Assembly (NCBI GenBank): GCA_041576165.1
Contig: JBFGLM010000001.1
Span: 1 to 64,000 of the forward strand
From: Acidimicrobiia bacterium
GTDB lineage: Bacteria > Actinomycetota > Acidimicrobiia > Spongiisociales > Spongiisociaceae
Length of the DNA: 64,000 bases
Direction: 5' to 3'
This document shows positions 49,278-59,944 of the stretch, piece by piece; the stretch's first letter is position 1, and every line of letters starts with the position of its first letter. The notes beneath the pieces are model-generated. The model made no database searches and was not told where the DNA came from. It saw only the letters and a program-made list of their open reading frames with translations. The translations under genes were made by a program, and so were the position numbers.

Positions 49278-51208
49278 GGAGCCAAATCACCTTCCAATGC
49301 ACGAAGGTCTACGACTTCATCCCCCCGCCACGTCTTGCATGCCATGTTACGCAGCACCCGCGTGGCGCCCGCGGAGTCGCCAACCGCGGCCAGCTCCTCG
49401 AGCAGCTCGATCGTGTCGAGCACGGTGACCGGACCCGGATAGCCTGGACGCGCCACCCCGATCTTGGGATGCTCGGTGAACTGGAGTGGCTCCCACGACA
49501 GCACCTCCTGCATCTTCTCACCGGGCCGGCGCCCAATCACCTTGAGTTCGATGTCTCGACCAGGGACGAGTCCGGCGAGGCGGATCATGCGATGGGCGAG
49601 ATCGCCGATCCTCACGGGCTCGCCCATGTCCAGTACGAAGATCTCGCCTCCGTCGGCCATGGCGGAAGCCTGCAATACCAATTGGACCGCCTCGTCGACC
49701 GTCATGAAGTATCGCGTCATGTCGGGGTCGGTGATCGTGACGGGGCCGCCAGCCTGGATCTGGTGAATGAAGGTGGGCACCACGCTCCCACGGCTGCCCA
49801 GAACATTGCCGAAGCGGACACTGGAGTAGAGGGCACCGTCGCCGCGGGCGTGGGCGGCCTGTGTCAGCATCTCCGAGATCCGCTTGGTGGCGCCCATCAC
49901 ACTGGACGGGGCTACGGCCTTGTCGGTGGAGATGTTGATGAACCGCTCAACGCCGACCTCGCGGCCGGCATCCATGACGTTCAGTGTCCCCACCACGTTG
50001 GTCTTGACGGCTTCATCGGGGTAGTGCTGCAGGATGGGCACGTGCTTGAGCGCGGCGGCATGGAACACGATCTGCGGCCGGCATTCCTCGAAGACACGTC
50101 GGACTCGATCTCGGTCGCGGATGTTGCACAGCACCGTCCTGGGGCGCCGGGCTCCGACCACCAGCCACTGCAGGGTCGCCTCGTGCAACGCCGACTCGTC
50201 GCGGTCGAGCGCATACACGGTTTCGGGATCGAACATCAAGAGCTGGCGGACGATCTCGGACCCGATCGAACCGCCCGCTCCCGTGACCATCACGGTCTTG
50301 CCACGAATCAACTCGGCCACCGTTTTGAGATCCGTGGACACGGTTGGACGGGGCAACAGGTCGGTGATCTCGAGATCCCGCGGATCGGTCGAGGCCAATT
50401 CTCCCGCCAGCACCATGTCGATGTCGGGCATGATGCGCAGCGCCACATCCACCCACATGCACTGGTCCAGCACCTGGCGGGCGAGTCTGGCGCCGCCTTC
50501 GGACACCACGATCTGATCGATCCGGTGGTGGTCGATCAGCTCGGGAAGCTGGTTGAGCGGTCCCACGACCGGCAATCCCGCTAGTCGCTTGACACCCGCT
50601 CCCGCGTTGACCGAGACGAAACCGACGATTTCGGTAGATTTGCCGGCATAGCGGGCAAAGTCGGCGGCGGCCCGCCCGGTCCCGACGATGAGGCTGCGCA
50701 AGGGGCCTTCTTCACCGTGTTCCCGCCGGAACGAGAACAGGCGAGACCGGAAACGCACGAGCCCCATCCCGAACAGGCCGAGCAGCCCACCCCAGATGAT
50801 CGTCCCGAACGGCACAGGTCCGAGCCGATCGAACAGCGCCCGGTATGCCATCACCAGCGTCAGGTTGACGGCCGTCGCGATCACGGTCGACACGGCGACC
50901 AGCTTGGCTTCGGCAATCGAGGCGTACTCCCAGACGTGTCCGTACGCGCCGAGAACCACGTTGAAGAAGATATGCACCAGGATCGCCACCGGTAGAAAGG
51001 TGAACAGGGAGCCAAACAGCCCGGACGGGACCCCTCCTGCCTGATCGAGATACCGCAGTTCCAACGCTGCCAGATAGGCGAGGCTGATCAAGAACGCGTC
51101 GATGATCGCAAAGGACAAGTCGGCTCGGAGATGCGCCGCCCCCCTCGCAACGCGCACTCTCCACGCGCTCGACCCTGCAGAATGAGAGCCCCGGCTCATC
51201 CTCTCCAC
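49268..51208 (-). CDS. CapD/WbpM/PglF-type nucleotide-sugar dehydratase
   Basis: N-terminal TMs; TGAGGSIGSE, HAAALKHVP, ISTDKAV, RFGNVLGSRGSV. Confidence 0.92.
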   Translation of the reverse strand: MERMSRGSHSAGSSAWRVRVARGAAHLRADLSFAIIDAFLISLAYLAALELRYLDQAGGVPSGLFGSLFTFLPVAILVHIFFNVVLGAYGHVWEYASIAEAKLVAVSTVIATAVNLTLVMAYRALFDRLGPVPFGTIIWGGLLGLFGMGLVRFRSRLFSFRREHGEEGPLRSLIVGTGRAAADFARYAGKSTEIVGFVSVNAGAGVKRLAGLPVVGPLNQLPELIDHHRIDQIVVSEGGARLARQVLDQCMWVDVALRIMPDIDMVLAGELASTDPRDLEITDLLPRPTVSTDLKTVAELIRGKTVMVTGAGGSIGSEIVRQLLMFDPETVYALDRDESALHEATLQWLVVGARRPRTVLCNIRDRDRVRRVFEECRPQIVFHAAALKHVPILQHYPDEAVKTNVVGTLNVMDAGREVGVERFINISTDKAVAPSSVMGATKRISEMLTQAAHARGDGALYSSVRFGNVLGSRGSVVPTFIHQIQAGGPVTITDPDMTRYFMTVDEAVQLVLQASAMADGGEIFVLDMGEPVRIGDLAHRMIRLAGLVPGRDIELKVIGRRPGEKMQEVLSWEPLQFTEHPKIGVARPGYPGPVTVLDTIELLEELAAVGDSAGATRVLRNMACKTWRGDEVVDLRALEGDLAPWN

Positions 51209-51565
51209 AGATCGCCTCCCTTAGTCCCCCCGGGGATTCCGAATCCCCGTGAATCCAGTCGTCCCCGCCCCCTGGCGCTTGCATAGGACTGAAAGGCCTG
51301 CACCTTCGGCAATCCTGGCAAACGCCGAGCCGGCAACGGACCCCCAGTCTCCGTCGACAATAGCCACTCTCGGTGCTCTACGTACGCTGTCTCGCCTGTG
51401 GCGAGGTAGATATCACCCTATCTGCGGAAATATGGGTCGTGAGACCCATATTGGCCACCTCCGACCGGGTGGATTTGAACACAGAGGGTGATAGGTTTGG
51501 CCCGCGCGAGACCGGGCGGTATGCCGCAGACGGCCGTGCGCAATCAGGCCAGGGGAGGTTTCCGA

Positions 51566-52447
51566 ATGAATGTGCTCGTCACCGGCGGGGCCGGATTTCT
51601 GGGCCGCCATGTCGCCCGCGAGTTCGCGGCACAAGGTCACGCCGTCACGATCTTCGACCAGGCCGCCGCCGACCTCGACTGCGACAGCGTCATGGGGGAT
51701 CTCGTCGACCCAGGCCAGGTGCGGGCGGCCGTGGCCGGCCACCATGTCGTCGCACATGTTGGCGCCATCGGCGACGTCTACCTGGCCGGTGAACAGCCCG
51801 CTCTTGCTGCCTCGGTCAACGTCACCGGGTCGGCCAACGTTGCTGAGGCCGCATTGGCGGAAGGCGCCCGCGTCGTCTACGCCTCGACGTGGGAGGTCTA
51901 CGGTGAGCCCGAATACGAACCAATCGACGAGGATCATCCAACCAATCCCGACCACCCGTACAACATCACCAAGCTCGCGGGTGAGCAGATCCTGCTGGCT
52001 GCCGGCCAGCTCCGCGGGCTCCCGGTTGTGTCGTTGCGGCTGGGGACTGCATACGGTTCTGGTTTGCGCCCGAACTCCGTATTCAGGATCTTCATCGACA
52101 AAGCGCGGGCAGGTGAGCCGATCACCATCCAGGGCGACGGGTCCCAGGGCCGCCAGTTCACCCACGCAGCCGACATCTCCCGCGCCTTCGTGATGGCCGC
52201 CGAGTCAACAGTCTCCGGGATCACCCTCAACACTGTTGCGCAAGACACGATCTCGATCAAAGCCCTCGCCGAGATGGTCGTGGAGCGCTTCCCCACCGAG
52301 TTGACCTTCGGCGCACCCCGCCCCGGCGACGTCCCGCCGGCTCTGGTCTCCGCCAGGCGGGCGGCGGAGGTTCTCGGGTGGACCGCCGAGGTGCCCTTCG
52401 ACGCCGGGCTCGACGAACTGATCGGCGACGTCGACGGCCACGACTGA
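51566..52447 (+). CDS. NAD-dependent epimerase/dehydratase
   Basis: VLVTGGAGFLG, YNITK (YxxxK), GDG.Q.R.F. Confidence 0.9.
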   Translation: MNVLVTGGAGFLGRHVAREFAAQGHAVTIFDQAAADLDCDSVMGDLVDPGQVRAAVAGHHVVAHVGAIGDVYLAGEQPALAASVNVTGSANVAEAALAEGARVVYASTWEVYGEPEYEPIDEDHPTNPDHPYNITKLAGEQILLAAGQLRGLPVVSLRLGTAYGSGLRPNSVFRIFIDKARAGEPITIQGDGSQGRQFTHAADISRAFVMAAESTVSGITLNTVAQDTISIKALAEMVVERFPTELTFGAPRPGDVPPALVSARRAAEVLGWTAEVPFDAGLDELIGDVDGHD

Positions 52448-52495
52448 CAAATCCCAGTCCGCTCGGCCAGACTGCAGAGAGTCCGGGGGAACAGT

Positions 52496-53593
52496 ATGAA
52501 GCCGACAATCCTCGTCCTGATCAAGGGCCTTGGAATCGGGGGCGCCGAGCGCTTGATCTCCGACGGCGCTGATTTCTGGGACCGCGACCGGTTCGACTAT
52601 CGGGTGGCGTACGTGCTCCCATGGAAGAACCAAGTGGTGGGTGACCTCGAATCGCTGGGCATTGCCGTGCGGTGCATCGGCACGCACCGGGGCTTGACCC
52701 CCGGAGTAGCAGCGAGGCTCAGGCGGCTGGTCAATGATTGGGACGTGGATCTGGTGCACGCTCACCTTCCCGCCACCGGCATAATGGCCCGGCTGTTCGC
52801 CGGTGTGCCGGTGGTCTACACCGAGCACAACATGGAGTCCTCCTATCGGGCGCCGACCCGGCAGCTGAACCGACTCACGTACGCTCGCCAGGCGGCGGTC
52901 ACCGCCGTGTCCGATGCCGTGGCCGAGAGTCTCGCCGGTTTCCCCGGCCCGAAGGTTCGGATCGTCGAGAACGGCGTCTCGGCGCGGCACCGCCCCGAGG
53001 AGGTGGCCGCGTCACGGGGCGAGCTGGGTGTCGAACCGGGCGACTTCCTGCTGACACACGTCGGCAACATCCGACCTCACAAGGGGCACAGCAACCTGAT
53101 CGCCGCGGCGGCACTGCTGCGCAAGCGCATCCCCCGGTTCTTGATCGTGTCAGTTGGCGGCGAGAAACACCGGGGCGATCTCGACCGGATCCGCCGAGAA
53201 GCCGAGGCGGCCGGCGTGAGCGACGTGGTCCGGTTCCTGGGGAGACGGGCCGGGACGGAAACGAGAGCCCTCGTCGAGGCCGCCGATGTCTATGTCAACC
53301 CTTCTGACTACGAGGGCCTGCCGGTGTCGATCCTCGAAGCGATGGCTCTCGCCCGGCCGATCGTGGCCACCGAGGTCGGTGGAGTCCCCAGCGTGATCAC
53401 AGACTCCACCGGTGTCTTGGTGCCGCCCAACCACCCACAGGCACTCGCAGATGCTGTGGCCGACCTGCTCGAGGACCCGGACCGGGCCGGGTCGTTGGGC
53501 CGCGCGGCCCGCGATCTCGCCGAACGTTCCTACGGACTCGACCGGATGATCTCCCAGCTGGAGGCAATCTACGACGAGGTGCTGGGTGGCTGA
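52496..53593 (+). CDS. Glycosyltransferase family 4
   Basis: GGAE, KGH, PS.YEGLP.SILEAMA. Confidence 0.9.
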   Translation: MKPTILVLIKGLGIGGAERLISDGADFWDRDRFDYRVAYVLPWKNQVVGDLESLGIAVRCIGTHRGLTPGVAARLRRLVNDWDVDLVHAHLPATGIMARLFAGVPVVYTEHNMESSYRAPTRQLNRLTYARQAAVTAVSDAVAESLAGFPGPKVRIVENGVSARHRPEEVAASRGELGVEPGDFLLTHVGNIRPHKGHSNLIAAAALLRKRIPRFLIVSVGGEKHRGDLDRIRREAEAAGVSDVVRFLGRRAGTETRALVEAADVYVNPSDYEGLPVSILEAMALARPIVATEVGGVPSVITDSTGVLVPPNHPQALADAVADLLEDPDRAGSLGRAARDLAERSYGLDRMISQLEAIYDEVLGG

Positions 53594-54539
53594 CACGATC
53601 ACGGTGCGAGAGTTCCGCGACGGCGACGTCGCCGAGATCCTCGATGTCTTCCGGGCGGCATTGGGCGAAACGCCTGTGCTCAAGCGTACGCCTGAACTCT
53701 TTGCGTGGAAACATCTCGACAATCCCTTCGGTAGGTCGATCATCCTGCTGGCCGAATCAGGCGGCCGCCTGGCCGGCGTGCGGGCGTTCATGCGATGGGA
53801 GCTGGCAACACCAGACGGACGAACCCTGCGCTGCGTGCGGGCCGTCGATACGGCAACACATCCGGCCTACCTCCGCCGCGGCATCTTCAAACGGCTGACG
53901 ATGGAAGCCATCGATGTAGCGACCGGCGACGGCGTAGACCTCATCTTCAACACGCCCAACGTCAAGTCGGGCGCCGGTTACCTCAAGATGGGATGGTCCG
54001 TGGTCGGACCGATCGGGATCATGGTGCGACCCCGGTTCAGCGCACTGCGGGGTACCGGCCGGGCCGAGACCTTGCCGGCACCTTCGGACTTCCTGCGCAG
54101 CCCGGTCCCGGCCCGTCCCCTCGCCGTTCCCGATCGACCTGCCCGGGGACTGCGTACTCCCCGCACCCAGGCTTATCTGGAGTGGCGATACGCCGGGCAT
54201 CCCACGGCCAGGTATTTCATGGTCGATGCCGCCGGAACCGTCGGTTACCTGCGTCCCAACCACCGAGGAGCACGCCGAGAGCTCGTCGTCTCCGAAGTCA
54301 TCGGTCCCGATCCGGCGGCTGCGATCGCCGCCGCCCACCGTGCTTCCACCGCGGATTATGTCGCCGCCTGGTTCTCGTCGGGCGGACCGGAACGCCGGGC
54401 GGCAATCTGGAACGGGCTGGCCCCGGTTCCCAAGGTCTCGGCACTCACTCTGGTGTGCCGTCCGCTGGGGGAACTACACCTAGACCCGACAGAGTTGGCA
54501 TCATGGGATCTGGCGCTCGGTGACCTGGAGCTGCTGTGA
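53586..54539 (+). CDS. GNAT-family acyltransferase
   Basis: W....NPFG, VDTATHP...RRGIF, FNTPN..S..GY.KMGW. Confidence 0.85.
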   Translation: MADTITVREFRDGDVAEILDVFRAALGETPVLKRTPELFAWKHLDNPFGRSIILLAESGGRLAGVRAFMRWELATPDGRTLRCVRAVDTATHPAYLRRGIFKRLTMEAIDVATGDGVDLIFNTPNVKSGAGYLKMGWSVVGPIGIMVRPRFSALRGTGRAETLPAPSDFLRSPVPARPLAVPDRPARGLRTPRTQAYLEWRYAGHPTARYFMVDAAGTVGYLRPNHRGARRELVVSEVIGPDPAAAIAAAHRASTADYVAAWFSSGGPERRAAIWNGLAPVPKVSALTLVCRPLGELHLDPTELASWDLALGDLELL

Positions 54540-54548
54540 GGACCGGTT

Positions 54549-55901
54549 GTGAGGAGTGAAGGTGCGGTCATTTGGGTGAGCATCTTCATCGCGCTCGCAT
54601 CGGTCGGCCTCCTCTACGTGTTCGATTTCACCTTCCAGGACGTGATCCTGGCGATCCTTGCGTTCCTGCTGGTCGCCAAGATCGGCCGGGTCGTGACGAA
54701 GGACGTGGATCGCGCGTGGATGGGCTGGCTCATACCACTGGCCTTCATGGTCAAGCTGATCGGGGCCACGTTTCGCCACTACACCGTCACCGTCGTCTAC
54801 AACTCGGGTGATGCACTGACCTACTACGGGTTCGCCGAGAACGCGATCCACGCTTGGCGCGGTCTGCAAGTGCCAGTCTCGGTGGGACGCAGCCAGGGCA
54901 CCCGATTCATCGAGGTGCTCACCAGCCTCATCTTCGCCCCCTATTTCCCGACGATCCTCGGTGGGTTCATCATCTTCGCCACGATCGCCTTCCTGGGGCA
55001 GATGCTGTTCTATGCGGCATTCCGCCGGGCGATGCCGCACAGGCGGTTGAAGCTCTACGGCCTGGCCATCTTCTTTCTCCCCTCGCTGTTGTTCTGGCCG
55101 TCGAGTATCGGCAAGGAATCAACGCTGATGCTGTTCATGGGCCTGGTGGTGTACGGCGCCACGCTGATGTTCCAAGGCAAATGGCTTGGGGCGCTGCCGC
55201 TGGTGGCCATCGGCATGGGCCTCACGGCGGCGATCCGTCCTCATGTTGCGGCGCTGCTCGCCGGAGCCCTGGTAGTCGCGCTGATCTTCGGCCGGATGCC
55301 CCGTATTCGCGGCGGCAAGTTCGCTCGCGTGTTGCTGATCGTCATTGCTCTCGCCGGCCTGTTCGCCATGGCGGCTGCGGTCACTGCCCGATTCGGGGTG
55401 GGTCTGAACGCACAGGAGGTCGAAGAGTTCACCGCGCAGGTCGAGGGACAGACCGAACAAGGCGGCTCTTCCTTCGACGCCGAAACGGTCACCAGTCCGA
55501 CGCAGCTGCCATCCGCCACGGTGCGCGTCCTGTACCGACCACTCGTCTACGAGGCGCACAACCTGCAGGCCCAGCTGTCATCGCTGGAGAGCACGCTCCT
55601 GCTGGTGGTCACCGTGCTGCTGTTACACCGCATGATCCGCAACCTGAAGATGATTCGCCACTATCCCTACCTGGCGTTCAGCGTGATCTTCACGGGCGGT
55701 TTCGTCATCGCGTTCAGCTCTATCGGCAATGCCGGGATCCTCTCCCGGCAGCGGGTTCAGGTGGTCCCCTTCTTTGTGCTGATGCTGTTGACTCTCTCGA
55801 TCAGCCGCAAGCACCTGGCCGCCGACGGAGAACCGGGATTCGAAACTCCCGCCGCGCCGCCGCCCAAACCGCCGATCCTGGTCGGACCGGTGCGCCCCTA
55901 G
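54549..55901 (+). CDS. Wzy-like polysaccharide polymerase / multi-TM protein
   Basis: About 10-11 TMs; PSLLFW.S..GKE, IRPH, N.G...RQR; located in the glycan locus. Confidence 0.6.
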   Translation: MRSEGAVIWVSIFIALASVGLLYVFDFTFQDVILAILAFLLVAKIGRVVTKDVDRAWMGWLIPLAFMVKLIGATFRHYTVTVVYNSGDALTYYGFAENAIHAWRGLQVPVSVGRSQGTRFIEVLTSLIFAPYFPTILGGFIIFATIAFLGQMLFYAAFRRAMPHRRLKLYGLAIFFLPSLLFWPSSIGKESTLMLFMGLVVYGATLMFQGKWLGALPLVAIGMGLTAAIRPHVAALLAGALVVALIFGRMPRIRGGKFARVLLIVIALAGLFAMAAAVTARFGVGLNAQEVEEFTAQVEGQTEQGGSSFDAETVTSPTQLPSATVRVLYRPLVYEAHNLQAQLSSLESTLLLVVTVLLLHRMIRNLKMIRHYPYLAFSVIFTGGFVIAFSSIGNAGILSRQRVQVVPFFVLMLLTLSISRKHLAADGEPGFETPAAPPPKPPILVGPVRP

Positions 55902-55911
55902 CGGCGGCGAT

Positions 55912-56916
55912 CTAGGCGTCCACCCTCAGAAACCCGCCTTGGCGGGCGGCCGCCAGGAACCCCGCTACCACGACCATAAGCAAGACGACCGCGCCGACGC
56001 CGCCGACCAGCCGGTCGACGGCGACCACGGCCACGACGATCACGGCCTGCAACGCGGCGGAGGTCGCCGCCACGGCCTTCACGCTCATGCCCCTGTCCCG
56101 CAGCTGGTCGTATACGTGGCTTCGATCACCTTCGAACAGGGGACGGCCGTTGATCCAGCGCCGGATCAGGGTGACCGCCAGATCCAGCGCGAACACACCC
56201 AGCAAACCCATTGCGATCCATACTCCGACCGTGACCATCGGCGTGGCACCGGCTGGTGAAGGCGCCGGCCCGGTGTGGGATTGCAAGATCCCGTACGCCA
56301 AGAACAGGGCAACCGTGTAGGCGCCATTGTCACCCAGGAACACTCGGGCCGGGTTCCAGTTGAAGAGCAGGAACCCGATCAGCGCAGCCGCCAGGATCAG
56401 GCCGAACCATCCGTCGAAGCCGCGCAGCTCGGTGAGCCACGCGATCCCGACCGCGGTGACGACGCCGGCCGACGCGACCAATCCGTCGAGCCCATCAAAG
56501 AGGTTCACGGCGTTGATCGCCATGACAACGAGAGCCGCGCCGACGACCAGCCCCCACCAACCGTGAATCCCTACGTCGGCCCGGGTGACCACAACGACAC
56601 CCGCTGCAAGCTCGATCACGAGACGCACCTTGGGATCGAGCTCCAACTTGTCATCGGCCAGCCCCAGCAACAAAACGATCCCGCTGGCGAACGCGAGCCC
56701 GGCGTCATACCGGCCGGCCAGCACGAGTGCCGTATGCACCCCGAGGTAGATGCCGACACCACCGAGAGGTACGGCGATCCGTTCGTGCACGGAAAGGCCG
56801 GGCTGGCGCTCGGGCCGATCGACCCAGCCGACCGCCGGACCCAGCCAGATCGACAGCCCAGCCCAGGCCGCCGATATCACAAAGGCAGCCACGAGCGCGG
56901 CGATCAGGCCGTCCAA
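55912..56916 (-). CDS. WecA/MraY-family polyprenyl-phosphate HexNAc-1-P transferase
   Basis: GLADD, NAVNLFDGLDGL, FLGD.G, D.SH.Y. Confidence 0.9.
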   Translation of the reverse strand: MDGLIAALVAAFVISAAWAGLSIWLGPAVGWVDRPERQPGLSVHERIAVPLGGVGIYLGVHTALVLAGRYDAGLAFASGIVLLLGLADDKLELDPKVRLVIELAAGVVVVTRADVGIHGWWGLVVGAALVVMAINAVNLFDGLDGLVASAGVVTAVGIAWLTELRGFDGWFGLILAAALIGFLLFNWNPARVFLGDNGAYTVALFLAYGILQSHTGPAPSPAGATPMVTVGVWIAMGLLGVFALDLAVTLIRRWINGRPLFEGDRSHVYDQLRDRGMSVKAVAATSAALQAVIVVAVVAVDRLVGGVGAVVLLMVVVAGFLAAARQGGFLRVDA

Positions 56917-58664
56917 ACCAGCACCTTCGAAGTCTCGCCAGCATGAACCTCGATCGTGGCAACTTCCCGAAAGCCCACCGATTGGTGCGCACCGAGTGAT
57001 GCCGTGTTGTCCGCTGCGACCACCACCTGGACCTTGGCAAGTCCCCGCTCGCGATACCCGTCGACCGCTCGTGCCAGCATCCGCCCCCCCAGTCCCTTGC
57101 CTCTCATCTCGGCACTCGTGGCGATGGAAAAGAGCTCAGCCTCGGCGTGATGCGAGCTCACACCGGTGCCATGACGGAACGTCTCATAGATGCGCTTCGT
57201 CACGCTGGGCCGGACGAGGCGCGGGGCAACGGACCAGCCCGCAGCGATGGCATGTTTCCGCAAGAAGTGCTTGTAGAAGCGGCTGGTCGAGACGACCGAG
57301 GCCACGAAGCCGACCGGTGAGACCCCGTCGTCGGCCACCCAAACGTCCGCTTCGGGCCAGCCGATCAACGCGTCGTAGAGGCGAGTGAGGAACGGACGGC
57401 CGAGAGTGGGAAGGAACCCGGTTGTGATCTCGGCGTGGAGCCCGGCCAGGGCGGGGGCGTCGCCGGGCATCGCCCGGCGAATGATCGGCGCGATGGGGCG
57501 GTCGGCGCCGAGAAGGCTCGACATACCTTTCTGTCTCGCGACCCGCCGGTAGGTGTCCATGACGATCTGCACGACCCGGTTCTCGTCGAATTCGGCCCGG
57601 GCCCGAACGAAGCTCGCTTTACCCATTCGCACCCGCAGACCCGCGTCGTCGCCCAGCATGGCGATGGCATCCGCCAGGGCCGGCGCGTTCATCGCCGGGA
57701 CCAAGAGCCCGTTTTCGCCGTGGTCGACAACTTGGCGGCACCCGCGGATGTCGGTGGCTACGAGGGCCAGGCCCATGGCGGCAGCTTCCATGGCCGCCCG
57801 GGGAAAACCCTCACGGTGCGATGGCAGTACGAACAGGTCGAATGCCGAGTACAGATCCTCGACATCGTTGCGCATCCCCAGCATGCGTACGCCGAGCTGT
57901 TCGGCCCGAGCGATCGTCGACCGAGGAAGCGCACCTGCTTTGGTGGGGTCGTCAGGCCCGGCGACGACCAAGACATATCGATCCCGATCGAGCCCGGCGA
58001 ACGCATCGAACAGCTCGGGATATCCCTTCTCTGCTACGAGCCGGCCGACGATCCCCACCACCACCTGGCCGTTTCGCACACCCCACTCCCGGCGCAGCCG
58101 GGCCCGCGACTCCGAGCCGACCCGGGCCGGATCAAATCGGGAGAGGTCTACCCCGTTGCCGAGCAGCTGCATCTTGCCGGGCGGAGTTATTCGCAGGCGC
58201 GCCATCAGCTCGACGTCCTCGACGTTTTGCGCCAGCTCCGCATCCGAGAACCGGGCCGCGATCGCCTCGAGCAGGTATACGACGGCTCGCTTGGGCCAGG
58301 GATCATCTTCAGTGGCATACAGGCCGTGCACCGTGTTGATGACCATCGGGACGCCGGCCAGCTTCCCGACCAGCCGGCCATATATGCCCGGCTTGGGATT
58401 GTGGGTGTGCAGGACGTCGACCGGGTTTGCCTTCAAGTGGCAGTACAGCTCACGCGCCGCCTTCAGATCGGCGAGGAGATCCATGCCTCGGGTAGAGGAG
58501 TCCAACGGGAGATGACGAACTCCGGCGGCTTCCAGCTCGGCGACCCACGGCCCGGTGCCGGAGATGCCGAAACAGGTACCGCCCTCATCGATGACCGCCT
58601 TCAGCTGGGGGAACAACAGCAACCGGAGACTCATGTCGACGGTGGTCAGATGCGCGACCCGCAT
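56904..58664 (-). CDS. Glycosyltransferase family 4 fused to C-terminal GNAT domain
   Basis: HTHNPKPG, PS.REGFPR..MEAAA, then IRRA..GD...RGKGLG...N..S...H...GF. Confidence 0.85.
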   Translation of the reverse strand: MRVAHLTTVDMSLRLLLFPQLKAVIDEGGTCFGISGTGPWVAELEAAGVRHLPLDSSTRGMDLLADLKAARELYCHLKANPVDVLHTHNPKPGIYGRLVGKLAGVPMVINTVHGLYATEDDPWPKRAVVYLLEAIAARFSDAELAQNVEDVELMARLRITPPGKMQLLGNGVDLSRFDPARVGSESRARLRREWGVRNGQVVVGIVGRLVAEKGYPELFDAFAGLDRDRYVLVVAGPDDPTKAGALPRSTIARAEQLGVRMLGMRNDVEDLYSAFDLFVLPSHREGFPRAAMEAAAMGLALVATDIRGCRQVVDHGENGLLVPAMNAPALADAIAMLGDDAGLRVRMGKASFVRARAEFDENRVVQIVMDTYRRVARQKGMSSLLGADRPIAPIIRRAMPGDAPALAGLHAEITTGFLPTLGRPFLTRLYDALIGWPEADVWVADDGVSPVGFVASVVSTSRFYKHFLRKHAIAAGWSVAPRLVRPSVTKRIYETFRHGTGVSSHHAEAELFSIATSAEMRGKGLGGRMLARAVDGYRERGLAKVQVVVAADNTASLGAHQSVGFREVATIEVHAGETSKVLVWTA

Positions 58665-58665
58665 G

Positions 58666-59790
58666 TCAGACCTCCAGGCGGGCAGGCCGGCGACCCAGTA
58701 CCACAGCCCGAAACACCTCGTCGTATCGATCGAGCGCGTGGCGCAGCAAGTAGCGGCCCAACACTCGCTCCCGGGCAGCAGCGCCGAGGACCTCGAGCGC
58801 CGCCCGGTCGGCGGCGACCTCGGCGAGCGCGTCGGATAGTGCGCCCTCGTCGCCCCGCCGCACCAGGCGGCCGGTGACGCCGTCGATGACCACGTCGCCG
58901 ACGCCGCCGACGTCAAAGGCAACTGCAGGTACGCCGGCTGCGCCGGCTTCGAGCACCACCCCAGGCAGCCCCTCGGTCTTGGACGAGAGGACCAGCACAT
59001 CGGCCCAACCCAGATGGGGTTTGACGTCGGGCACCGGACCGACCAATTCGACGACCTCTGTCAGGTTGCGGGCGTTGATTTCGTGTTCCAGCAGTTCGAC
59101 CATGGGGCCCTGGCCGACGATTCGGAGCTGGACCGGCTGTTCGGTCGCCACGTCCGCCACCGCCCGCAATGCCACGTCCGGGCCCTTCTCGGCGGTGAGG
59201 CTGCCGATGAAGAGGACCCGCAGCTCGCCGACGCGTGGCTCGTTGATCACATCCGCGAACGCCTCCGGCACTCCGGTTGGGGCGACGGCCACTTTGTCGG
59301 AAGGTACGTGCAGGCTCTCGATGAGCTGGCGGCGAGTGGCATTCGACACGGAGGTGATCAGGTCAACCCGCGACATGAGAAACGCAGTACGGAGCCGGCT
59401 GAGGCGTGACCGGCTCCACCAGGCCGGCTCGCCGATAGAACCGTAAACCAGGCGGGGCACCCGCTTCCCGAACCGGGCTGCAAGCGCGTAGCGCAGGGTG
59501 GCACTGCCATTGGCGAAGATGACGTGGGGCTGATGGCCATCAATCCGGGCCCTGATCGCCCGCACCACATCCCGGTCCATCGGACCGAGCTCCGATTTTG
59601 CTCTACGGGTGAGCGCCGGCGCGGAGACGGTGGGCTCAGGGGCATCGACCAAGGCTCGGAAATCGACATCCCAACCCCGGTCGCCGAGTCCATCCGCAAG
59701 CTGCTCGCCGAACACCTCGGCGCCGCGTCGCTGACGCGACGTCACCAAGACCAAGAGTCGAGGTGTCACGGTGTTGCGTTCCCCGCTCAA
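58666..59790 (-). CDS. Glycosyltransferase family 4
   Basis: RGAE, EKG, S.TEGLPGV.LEA; exact start uncertain. Confidence 0.88.
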   Translation of the reverse strand: MSGERNTVTPRLLVLVTSRQRRGAEVFGEQLADGLGDRGWDVDFRALVDAPEPTVSAPALTRRAKSELGPMDRDVVRAIRARIDGHQPHVIFANGSATLRYALAARFGKRVPRLVYGSIGEPAWWSRSRLSRLRTAFLMSRVDLITSVSNATRRQLIESLHVPSDKVAVAPTGVPEAFADVINEPRVGELRVLFIGSLTAEKGPDVALRAVADVATEQPVQLRIVGQGPMVELLEHEINARNLTEVVELVGPVPDVKPHLGWADVLVLSSKTEGLPGVVLEAGAAGVPAVAFDVGGVGDVVIDGVTGRLVRRGDEGALSDALAEVAADRAALEVLGAAARERVLGRYLLRHALDRYDEVFRAVVLGRRPARLEV

Positions 59791-59944
59791 ACGCTCTCTC
59801 CCAACGTCGAGCTCTCGAGTGCTGGCACGGATTCAAACTACCGGCAGCGGCGGGCTTACGGAGCCGGTCCAACGGTGCGGCGGCCACTCGTCCCCGGCCC
59901 CGACCGGCCAAGCCGGCGGGGGCCGGTGCCCCAGTTGCGCCGGC

